11,619 nt of DNA from assembly GCA_024704765.1 (NCBI GenBank), contig JAKMXF010000160.1, positions 1-11,619 of the forward strand, given 5' to 3'. Origin of the DNA: Oopsacas minuta (Eukaryota; Animalia; Porifera). Made by a program: the position numbers and the translations under genes. A model generated the notes under the pieces. The model was not told the DNA's origin. It was given only the letters and a program-made list of their open reading frames with translations, and made no database searches. Of this stretch, positions 1 through 9,003 are shown in pieces (the first letter of the stretch is position 1; each line of letters begins with the position of its first letter).

Positions 1-89
1 AGGAGGGGATTACTTTGAATAAATTCTATAGTGGACTAGTGTGTATAGTGTTTGTATCATATTCTATGATGTCACTCGCAAGACTTATT

Positions 90-943
90 GAACACCCTAC
101 TATGCTGCTTCCCCCCACTTGCAAGTTTGTGTGGCACTTCTATTTTTCGCTTCTGGAACGTTCTAGATAACTTGTGGAGATGGAATATACGTAAGTCAAG
201 CTTCTGTCTCTCGTTATACCGAGTTGTTTCTCTGGTTTCGCAAGCTATATACCATCAGTTTGTTAGTTTGCCTCCTGGTCTCATGAGGGTAGAATTAAAA
301 AACAAGTTTTATGAGATTGCTCACATTCCAAACGTAGTAGGATTATTTGACGAACATACATGCGAATCCAAAGAACTTCGGAAAATGAAGCAGATTATAT
401 AAATCGGCATTTTTACCACTCAATTAATGTCCAAGCAATTTGCCAACCAGATGGAATGTTTATTGATGTCTTGGCACGTTTTTCCTGGGTCTGTTAACGA
501 TTCACGGATTTGGGAAAATTCAGGTGTGGGGATGCATGTTGAAACTACCTTTGCAATTGGGGAGTATATGTTAGGAGATAGCGGTTACATGATGAGGTTA
601 TATTTACTCACTCCTTATCCTCAACGAATATCCACCCCCAATTTAACTACAACTATCCACATAAGAGGACAAGGGCTATTGTTGAACAGACATTTGGGCA
701 ATGGAACGAAGATTCCACTGTCTTCATGGAGAGCTCAGGATGAGTCTAGATAAAGTTTGTTCCATCATAGTTGCTTGTGCAGTATTGCATAACATAACAA
801 TACAATGGAAACAACCTCTCTTAGAAGATGAAGTCTCCGATTATTCCTATTCGGAAGATGTTCTTGACTTTGAAGAGACTGTTGGGCATTTGGGATCAAA
901 GCATTACAAGGATCAATTTTCTATTCATAATTTCAGCAACTAA
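90..943 (+). pseudogene. Harbinger/HARBI1-like DDE transposase (DDE_Tnp_4-type), frameshifted, 5' part not resolved
   Basis: Pieces stitched across frames: LQVCVALLFFASGTF*ITCGD..VSQASVSR (from 119), IPNVVGLFD (first D, ~358), YINRHFYHSINVQAICQPDGMFIDVLARFPGSVNDSRIWENSG, YMLGDSGY (second D), HKRTRAIVEQTFG (E), RFHCLHGELRMSLDKVCSIIVACAVLHN. Contains several 1-nt frameshifts and an in-frame TAG. Confidence 0.92.
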
Positions 944-1024
944 ATTCACATAGTATATATGTTGTGATGTAGATATGTAAACATTTTCACAGTTAGTGAT
1001 TATAAGATAACATAGAAATTGCAC

Positions 1025-1095
1025 TTTTGAAATATCTAAGTAGAGTGTTGGTCTTTGTAGTTTTGAAACATCAAAGTAGGGTGTTGGTCTTTGTA
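1025..1095. repeat. 36-bp minisatellite, units 1 and 2 (unit 2 interrupted by the maT element)
   Basis: 1025-1060 TTTTGAAATATCTAAGTAGAGTGTTGGTCTTTGTAG; 1061-1095 TTTTGAAACATCAAAGTAGGGTGTTGGTCTTTGTA. Unit 2 is completed by G2408 after the insertion. Confidence 0.9.
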
Positions 1096-2405
1096 CAGGG
1101 TGACACATAAATACTGTTACAAATATAAAAGGGCTGATAACAAAAACTATTGGAGCGATCGTTCAAATATTCTAAATTATGTTTAGATATACTATAGGGT
1201 TGAAAATTAAGAAAGTATTACTCAAATATATCGCCTTTTGCCTTAATGGAGCTCTTCAGACGGACGATGAAGGAGTCTACACTGGCACACACATGCTCAT
1301 CCGGGATCTTTGACCGCTCTCTTAATAATGTTCTCTTAAGAACCTCAACTGAACGATGGGGTTTAGCATTAACCCTCTCCTCCAATATGGACCATATAGA
1401 GAAGTCGAGGGGGTTAAGGTCTGGCGAACAGGGTGGCCACTTTTCGGAAGAAATGACCCCCGGAAAATTGGTCTTGCACCACTTTTGAGTGGCTTTAGCA
1501 TTGTGAGCTCGGGCAGAATCTTGCTGGAATACCCATAGGTCGTTTCCAAAATGTGATTGTGCCTAAGGCTTCAAAACAATTTCAAGAATTGATTCCCGAT
1601 AAACCGATTGGATGATTTTCATACGTTGGGGGATAAATATCAAAGATGTCCGACAAGTTGCAGTAACCCCGGCCTATACCATCACTGAAGCTGGTTTCTG
1701 CGTTCTAGAAACCCGGAAAGTAGATTCAGGTAAAGTACTCTTATCGGTGGCTAAAATCCTATGATTTTGCTTGTTTAGGACCTGCTGAACAATAAATAAT
1801 TTCTCATCAGGGAAAGGATCTGCTTGTGTCGACCATTGGTGAAATGTGAAAGCATGGTCTTGCATCTTTCCAACCTCATACTTTTATTTTTGGCTGTGAG
1901 GAGTTGTCCTTTTGTCATTTTGTATGCTTTCATGCCTAAATCATTACAAACAAGCCTCCGCATCGATTCCCTGTTTGTATTTATTTCAATGGCCACATTT
2001 CGGATACTTCGGGCGGGATTTCGTTTAATCAGTTGTAGCACCCTCTTGATCAAAGAAATTGTTCGTGCAGTACGTGGACGGCCAGGTCGTGGTCGGTCTA
2101 ACACGTCCTCTGTATCAGCAAACCGTGACAGAGTTCCGAAATAAACATCCTCTTGTAACTGAGCAAAGGGGCAATTTTACTTCTACATTTTCAGGCCTTG
2201 AATAACTCAATAACAGCTGAACGACGAGTCTCCATTACAAAATGTTGAACTTATAAATCTTCTAAGTGAGATATAGCTGGTGTGATTTGTTGAGATAAAA
2301 TAGATATGGGGTACAATATATTGGATAAGTTTCAATGCTATTGAATTATATTCATCTACAGTATGGTAGTTTTAAAAGTTATAACAGTATTTATGTGTCA
2401 CCCTA
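1096..2405 (-). mobile_element. maT (DD37D) Tc1/mariner-superfamily transposon, full length, decayed
   Basis: TIR AGGGTGACACATAAATACTGTTA at 1097-1119 has a perfect reverse complement at 2382-2404; terminal C1096 is mismatched with A2405. TA TSD at 1094-1095 and 2406-2407. Removing the element plus one TA restores the minisatellite junction CTTTGTAGTTTTGAAAC. Confidence 0.93.
1218..2235 (-). pseudogene. maT/DD37D transposase pseudogene
   Basis: METRRSAVIELFKA... (ATG at 2235), DRPRPGRPRT linker, RNPARSIR helix-turn-helix region, DEKLF (first D), QKPASVMV*AG, WVFQQDSARAH and WPPCSPDLNPLDFSIW with 37 residues between the second and third D, KAKGDIFE* (stop 1218-1220). At least two frameshifts and three in-frame stops. 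Confidence 0.93.
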
Positions 2406-2407
2406 TA

Positions 2408-2443
2408 GTTTTGAAACATTAAGTAGGATGTTGGTATTTGAAG
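2408..2443. repeat. Minisatellite continuation (last base of unit 2 plus unit 3, 35 bp) on the far side of the maT insertion
   Basis: 2409-2443 TTTTGAAACATTAAGTAGGATGTTGGTATTTGAAG aligns to units 1025-1060 and 1061-1095. Confidence 0.85.
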
Positions 2444-2514
2444 TTGGATATTCACTAGTGAAATATATCAAGTATCGCACTTGAATTGGGAGCTAGTTGT
2501 TGCATTAAGAATAC

Positions 2515-2520
2515 TATAAA
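2515..2520 (+). promoter_or_regulatory. Possible TATA box for the Myb/SANT gene
   Basis: TATAAA ends 35 nt before ATG 2555. The AT-rich background makes this weak. Confidence 0.2.
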
Positions 2521-2554
2521 TTGGTGGAGGTTATTGATATCCCAAAGCAAGAGT

Positions 2555-2939
2555 ATGGACAAAGGTCGCAAAGTAAATTGGAGAAAGGAGGAGGAGTACA
2601 CACTCATCAGGCAATCCAGGATGCTGGAAATATATTGAGAGATACTGCTGGTCAGTGCGCGGAGATAAATATAAATAAGACGAGGCTTTGGAACAACGTT
2701 ATGAGAAAAATCAATTCCATCCATGGCAACAACCGAGATGTGAAAGATGAAAAGAAGAAGTGGAACAATCTAAAAGGTTCTGCAAAAGCCCGTGTTGATT
2801 CCAGTCGAAGGGAAATGGAGTATGAAAACATCCGGATCCTTTGCTCCGATAGGGAATTATCCACATCTGTGACGGAGAGAGTATCACAGATGTTCTCAAG
2901 TACGCCAGCGATCACTGGAATATGTGGTAGTGTTGATAT
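2555..2939 (+). pseudogene. Harbinger Myb/SANT-like DNA-binding protein, 5' half (interrupted by Chapaev3-like element B)
   Basis: ATG 2555 gives MDKGRKVNWRKEEEYTLI; a 1-nt frameshift near 2608 continues into AIQDAGNILRD...KTRLWNNVMRKINSIHGNNRDVKDEKKKWNNLKGSAKARV, with the three spaced Trp residues of Myb/SANT (Myb_DNA-bind_5-like) domains, then ...AITGICGSVD. Confidence 0.85.
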
Positions 2940-3042
2940 CACAGTGCAACAACTTTTTGTTTATTTGGTTATTTCCCTATTCTTTGGACAATGCTGACGT
3001 AAGGAATTCGAATTTGACTGTGCTTTAATGCATCGTCCATAA

Positions 3043-5349
3043 CACAGGTCAACAAATTTTCACATATTAGTCTCATCAAGCAAAATGGGTATTTTTTCCA
3101 GACTACATTTTTGTGTTGATTTCAAATCTGCCATTTATTCATCTCTCACTCGTATAAATGTTTTATATTCTAGCTTGAAATTTTCGAATTCAATTTCGCA
3201 ATATTACAAATTCTATTATGCTTAATTAATGCCCAAGGTTATTCAGCTAACTAATGTTACTTGGTATTAAAGTCTCAATGTGAATGATTCGATACTTAAT
3301 TGGGTATCAATTAGAATCTAACTATCTTGGAATTTGAAATTGAAATTTTTTCACATTTGTGAGATATATAAGTTGATAAAGAAAAGTAAAAATATTTAAG
3401 ACGTCAAAAACGTTGAGAGTAAGAATTTCTTTTGTAGACTCTATTGGGTTCATCCATGTATAACATCCAGCAATAGTCCGCCATTATACTGTCATTCCAG
3501 AAACCTTGATATCGATTTCCATTCTGAGAATGTCTTGGTGAAATCGTTCGCACTGTTCATTGCTTACAGCACCAAGGTTTTCTGGAAAAACTCAAGATGG
3601 GAGTGCAAAAGTTTAATTTCAATGACATACGGCATCCCATGTTTTCATATGATTGAATTTAGTTTTCTACACCATCTATATACTCTGTTGACTCCATATT
3701 ACATAAAAGGTTTTCACAAATCCATTTGAAAGATTTCCAATCTGTGAATTCCTTATAGGAAAGTATACTGTCAAACTCTTCATCCTTGAGAACTTCCCGT
3801 ATTTGTGGTCCAATTAATACACCCTCTTTAAACTTAGCATCAAATAGTTTGAGAAATTTCTCAACAATATAGCAAACCCTGTAGGATTTGCTTTACCCAT
3901 TGGTTGACGAAAGTATTCATCATTCCGAGTTTTATATGAAGTGGTGGCAAAAAGATGTTATTAGGATCTACCAATGGTGTATATTCAATATCGGATGTTC
4001 CTACTTCATAATTTGTTTTCTTGGGGCAATCACGCTTTTTGTAATGATCGATTATTGTACAACTGTGCCATAAACAAAGAAAGCAATAATATTTGGTAAA
4101 TCCTTGTTGCAATCCCATTTACAGACCGATGACCTTAAGATCCCCACATATATTCCATCTGTGTGTCCTATATTTGATCGCATCCAAAACCTCTTCCAGG
4201 TTCATATAGGACTCTTTAAGATATACAGGTTGAGCAATTGGAATTGCAGGATTTTTATTTCCGTTACGCACTAAAACGGCTTTCAAGCTACGTTTCGATG
4301 AATCAATATATAGGCGCCAATCAAAAGATGAATGTTCCTGTGACAAACTAGAAATCAGCCTGTCAGTACCATTAGAATAACAGAGAGGACCATCAAATGT
4401 AAAATATTGAGCCAAATCAAAATTTGGTTCACGGTAGCTGGATACTATAACATTCTGATGAGTAAATTCTTTTTTTGAAGCCTTGATGCAAGAAGTTCTG
4501 CTTTTCTTTCGACAGATCAAGATCCCTGACAAAGTCATTCAATTCACCTTGTGTGAAGGTTTGAGGCGCTAAATTACTATCTTTAGGGAAGTATTCTGAC
4601 CAATAGAAGATTCGCCCATTGAATATGACAAAGTATCTACATCATCAGAAAGAAAATCAAATCCATAACACGTAGGAATGGGGACAGGCAAGGAGACATC
4701 GTGAGAAACTGGTGTGCGAGCAGATACCAAATCTGGAGAAATTATTTTATGTTAATTTTTCATCCAAAACTCAGTAGTGTTTACGATGCAAAAATAGCAT
4801 TCATCGTAGTGATTCTTTGGTTCCCTCCGAACCATTGGTATTTCAAAAGGCATTGAAGTTTTTCTTTTTTTTTGTTAACCCAATCACGTAAGTCACTAGA
4901 ACTAGTAGAACAAATCACATGAGGCGCCCACATCTTATCTTGATCATATAAAGGACAATCAAAATACTGGCTATATATTCTCTTGAGGTCATTTGTTATG
5001 GTACGTCGTTGTGATTTAAAGAAAAGGAGCCAGAAAAATAGCAAAAATGTCTGTTGTATTGGTACATCTGTGATGCATTATGAGAAACCAGATTGATTTA
5101 TTCAAAAAGAGAAAAATAGAGCTAGTAAATTGAGCTATATTGCATCAATATACAAATTGTGTTACTTTGCTATTGCAAAATTTCAAAATATACAGAATTA
5201 TATTATTGAAAACAATGGAATAATACAGTTCGATTTCTGAAAAAGCTAAACGTGATAGATAAAGACGGAGAGCAGATTAGAAATCAGGACACTATATCAC
5301 GTTAGAAAATCATATATGATCTGTGATGAAAAAACCTTGTTGACCTGTG
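3043..5349 (-). mobile_element. Chapaev3-like DNA transposon A (2307 bp), inserted 103 bp inside the left end of element B
   Basis: Perfect 13-bp TIR CACAGGTCAACAA (3043-3055) / TTGTTGACCTGTG (5337-5349). TSD TAA at 3040-3042 and 5350-5352. Subterminal inverted motif TGATTTCAAATCTGC (3117-3131) / GCAGATTAGAAATCA (5272-5286) matches at 14/15. Confidence 0.93.
3404..5078 (-). pseudogene. Chapaev3-like transposase A, multiply frameshifted
   Basis: MHHRCTNTTDIF.., SQYFDCPLYDQDKMWAPHVIC (N-terminal Cys/His 'Chapa'-type region), DWRLYIDSSKRSLKAVL, WNICGDLKVIGL, GLQQGFTKYYCFLCLW, FLPPLHIKLGMM, GPQIREVL, MSLKL..HSHL..PENLGAVSNEQCERFHQD, ADYCW. Stop at 3404-3406. The motif series is recognised; the family name is from recall. 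Confidence 0.87.
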
Positions 5350-5487
5350 TAATTTTGGTGAAAATGTCTAAATTATACTTTTTTTGATTTTCACTTCATA
5401 TTACCCATTATACATTCGCATGACATTATATTCTTCTCAAATATTGATTTACTTAAATAAATTGTTCTCTACAGATCGAATTAATTG

Positions 5488-7346
5488 ATGGCAGCCAGAA
5501 GAATTTGTAAGCTGTCACCAGATTCGTTTTTGCCATGTTTGCGGGTACTGCATTGGACCTAGACAAGTTCAACCTAATATAACACCCGGTACAATATTGT
5601 GTATTGCTTATTATGTCAATTTTGGCATGTCAATGGGTGATCCTAACAAAATGTGTTCTCCTCACTTCTGCTGTGTATCATGTCGTTCGACCTTAGAAAG
5701 ATAGCTACGTGGAACCCGAAAGTGTATGCCATTTGCAATACCTCGCATTTGGAGAGAACCAGTTAACCACCATAATGAAATCTACTTCACTTTTGTATAG
5801 TAGATATTACAAAATATAAAGGAAAAGATAGAAAACATATTGCTTATCCGAACATTCCATCGTCTATTGCGACAATGAAGATCTACCATTTCCGATTTCT
5901 CTTTCTTAGAAATAACTGTTAAACCTGAGTACATGTCTTCTAGTGAGGAAGATTATATCAGCTTCGGCGAAGACTTATCATGGAAACCACACTTTCCTAA
6001 TCAGTAAGAATTGTTAGACTTTTGGTTAGAGAATTAGGTCTGGCAAAATCTTATGCGGAGTATTCGAGATCTTGTCTCAGATAGTGGAGTTTACTTGATC
6101 CTAATTGTTTAGATATCTATCTACAGATAACGGCATCTAAAATTTGCATCTTTCTACAAATTTTCGCTTTGTAATTCTTTGTCTTACTATTCTGATGTGG
6201 ATGACCTTTTTAACGAGATCGGCGTGGAATACAACCGCTTGGAATTGACTCTATCCAAAGGGTTCCTACAAATCATAATGGACGAGCTCCACTCGCTGGG
6301 GAATTCATTCCCCAAAGTTGTTGATCTTTGGGAAATGAAGAGAAAAGAATATCTGATGAACGAATACACGTCTAAGCTGAGAGGGAAAAAAGATCGGTAC
6401 CATCAAGAAAAAGACACTTCATCTCCCACTACAAAGACCCCCTTCAGATTGGCGTCTCTTCATTGATAGCGCTACAAGAAGTCTAGAGGGTGCTTTGCTC
6501 CACAATGGCAATGAATTTCCAACAATTTCCCTAGCTCATTCAGTTCATTTAAAGGAAAATTATGACAATGTGAAAGATATAATGGAGATGATCAACTATC
6601 AAACACACAAATGGGATATTTGTGACGACTTTATAATGCTGGGATTTCTACTTGGATTACAGACTGGCTATACAAAACATTCCTGCTTCCTTTGTTTGTG
6701 GAATAGTAGGGAAGATGACCAGCACTACGGTTAAAAAGATTGGCCCGTCAAAGAGGAGTTAATTCCAGGAACACACAATTTAATTCACAATGCTCTTGTT
6801 CAACCAGAGAAGGTGTTATTGCCACCACTTCACATAAGTTTAGGACTTGTGAAGCAATTCATCAAATCCCTGAATCCTGTTAGTGATACCATCTAGCATC
6901 TTGGTTCAATGTTTACAAAACTGTCTGAGGGAATAGTAAGAAATGGAATCTTCGTTGGACCCAAATTAGGCCGATATTAGCGTGTAACGAGTGGGAAACC
7001 AAAATGAATGTTGTTGAAAAGAGAGCTTGGCTAGCATTTAGGCTTGTAGTTAGTGAATTCTGGGGAATAGAAAGTCAGAGAATTATGAGGTAGTCGTTGA
7101 TAACTTAATTGCAAGTTCTCAGCATCAAGGATGTGGAATGTCACTCAAACTACATTGTTTATACTCACACTTGGGCTTCTTCGGACTATACTTTGGAGAT
7201 GTGAGGGAAGAACAAGGTGAATACTTCCACCAAGACATGCTAGTCATGAAGAAGAGGTATCAGGGAAAGTGGGACGAACGTATATGGGAGACTACTTGTG
7301 GTGTTTGAAACGCGATGCTCCGAGTATACGCAAAAGGAAATGTTAA
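5488..7346 (+). pseudogene. Chapaev3-like transposase B, frameshifted, with in-frame stops and a ~205-bp insert
   Basis: MAARRICKLSPDSF-CHVCG..MGDPNKMCSPHFCCVSC..PFAIPRIWREPVNHH; SDWRLFIDSATRSL; HKWDICDDFIMLGFLLGLQTGYTKHSCFLCLWNSRE; LLPPLHISLGLVKQF; MSLKLHCLYSHLGFF...VREEQGEYFHQD; MGDYLWCLKRD. Stop at 7344-7346. Confidence 0.88.
6237..6441. other. Unexplained ~205-bp insertion inside transposase B
   Basis: The coding sequence reads GAA TAC AAC C, then the insert, then CT TCA GAT TGG CGT. Removing the insert gives VEYNPSDWRLFID, collinear with paralog A (QEHSSFDWRLYID), which lacks it. Edges are uncertain by a few C residues. Confidence 0.8.
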
Positions 7347-7387
7347 AAAAACATTTTTCACTTATACGTCACTTATTACGTTATATA

Positions 7388-8742
7388 CAGTCTTTCCAAG
7401 AATTATTACAACACCAAGTCGTTTATTGTCAAACCACAATTTACTGAATACGCGACTAGCTATATACTCGAAACATTCGTGACACAAAAACTTATACGTT
7501 ACCTCTCTATTCCGTTTAAATTTCTTTAAATTACATTATTATTGTTCTCAGTCACTTAATACATAATTATGAGGTCACTGTTTTAATAGAATTCATTCGT
7601 AATCAGCATTTTTTCCCTTAACTATTTTAGCATAGATTATATCAATGGCTCAAGAGTTGTCCATAATAGAGATTGAGACTCAGTTGAATAGAGGCAAACA
7701 ATCGCCGACTGAGATTTCACGATTTTTGAAAGTGAATCGGACTACTGTCTATAGGTGAAAAGACGACTTGATGCCGGTGTTTCCATTAAACACAAACAAG
7801 GAAGTGGGAGACCTGGTAAAATATGCAAGAGCATCAAGTATTCTGCTGCACAGATAATTCAATCAGATCCAGAGATAAGTTTACGCAAACTAGCAAATAA
7901 ATTAACAGAGAAAATGAAGATGAAAGTTGATAAGAGTACTGTTCATTGGACACTGCGTCGTGCAAAGTATTCTAAGCATTTTCGCCCACAAATTCCGTTG
8001 TTATCTGAAAAAAATCGGTTGTTTAGGATTGAGTGGGCGCGGAAAACATCAATAAATTATGGTGCTGGGATGTTTTTGCGGATGAAGCATCTTTTTGGTT
8101 GAATAGGGGGAGAGTCAGAATGTGGACAAAATCGGGAAAAAAACGGTTCCAAAAAAACAACGAAGCATTCGTCAAAATCACACATTTGGGCGGCATTTTT
8201 GTCTTTTGGCACGTCCCTATCTGTATTTTCCGACAGAACTTGGCCGCGAAGCTGTTTGTTAATATTCTAAAATGGCATCTAATCGACCAAGCAGAGGTAT
8301 TTCAGAGAAACCGCAGGTTTCTTGTTCAAGACAATGATCCTAGGCACAAATCAAAGTTAGTCAAGGGATGGATGTCTGAGAATATGCCGAAAAGTTTGTT
8401 TGAATGGCCAAGTCAATCGCCTGATCTTAACCCTATCGAAAATGTGTTGCAGTTTTGAAGGGTCATGTAAGCAAACAACATCCTAAGAACTTAGCAGAGC
8501 TGGAAACTTCTATTTTGAGAGTTTGGAATTCACTGTCACCGAAATTCCTAAGATCTTATTGGAGACCAATGAAGTGTAGGTGTCAGATGATGATTAACAA
8601 TAACGGAAATAAGATTAACTACTAATTTGAGTATACTGTAAACAAATTGATATCACCTTAAACAAATATTACATAAAATTCAGATGTTTTTATAGAATAA
8701 TATTTACTTTAATAGTGTTGCAATAATTCTTGGACAGACTAG
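7388..8742 (+). mobile_element. Tc1-like transposon with DD35E spacing (1355 bp), inserted 41 bp after the transposase B stop
   Basis: TIR CAGTCTTTCCAAGAATTATTACAACAC (7388-7414) versus GTGTTGCAATAATTCTTGGACAGACTAG (8715-8742): 2 substitutions plus a 1-nt indel. TA TSD at 7386-7387 and 8743-8744 in a (TA)n context. Confidence 0.92.
7645..8625 (+). pseudogene. Tc1-like DD35E transposase pseudogene
   Basis: MAQELSIIEIE..SPTEISRFLKVNRTTVYR (HTH), GSGRPGK, VDKSTVHWTL, VFADEASF (first D), FLVQDNDPRH (D at 8330), WPSQSPDLNPIEN (E at 8438), C-terminal ..NGNKINY* (8623-8625). At least five 1-nt frameshifts. Confidence 0.93.
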
Positions 8743-9003
8743 TATAATATTGGTTGTAATACTATAAACTGTCATATAATTAAGGAACGCATTCGTTTTT
8801 AGAAGATTCACGAGCATTTATTTAGGGGATGAAATATTATAAAATATGTATTTTGGGTTTATTGAAGAAGTTTCAATTCTGATCTAACCTTAATGGAAAT
8901 AAACAAATATTGGTACTTTTGGTATCCACGCACCTTAAGCCAATGGGCAAAAAACTAAAATTTAGATAAACAAACCTTTCGTAAAATTTGTTGCATTGTG
9001 TAT

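Larger units (their letters stand above)
2940..9000 (+). mobile_element. Chapaev3-like (CMC superfamily) DNA transposon B, containing nested insertions
   Basis: TIRs CACAGTGCAACAACTTTT (2940-2957) and AAAATTTGTTGCATTGTG (8983-9000) match at 16/18. Perfect 3-bp TSD TAT at 2937-2939 and 9001-9003. Excision restores the Myb frame. Core length is about 2.19 kb after subtracting the nested pieces. Confidence 0.9.

Noticed and set aside
1-10. AGGAGG Shine-Dalgarno-like motif at the window start
   Set aside because: No start codon at a suitable spacing, and all recognisable content is eukaryotic transposon sequence.
88-943. Domesticated host HARBI1 gene
   Set aside because: Multiple frameshifts and a stop, a linked Myb partner and transposon-like subterminal repeats indicate a dead transposon copy.
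896-1108. Minus-strand ORF with a 12-aa repeat (QRPTPYFDVSKL / QRPTLYLDISKV)
   Set aside because: It is a by-product of the 36-bp minisatellite. Its start lies inside the maT TIR, unit 3 is 35 bp, and it is antisense to the transposase end.
1246-2144. Plus-strand ORFs 1246-1488, 1356-1538 and 1824-2144
   Set aside because: Antisense shadows of the maT transposase with no independent motifs.
2455-2942. Minus-strand ORFs 2455-2724, 2652-2942 and 2711-2899
   Set aside because: Antisense shadows of the Myb/SANT gene.
3535-4073. Plus-strand ORFs 3535-3729 and 3888-4073
   Set aside because: Antisense shadows of transposase A.
3043-9000. A and B as one large inverted-duplication (foldback) element
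   Set aside because: Each has its own TIR pair and a different TSD (TAA versus TAT), and the two transposases are clearly divergent rather than mirror copies.
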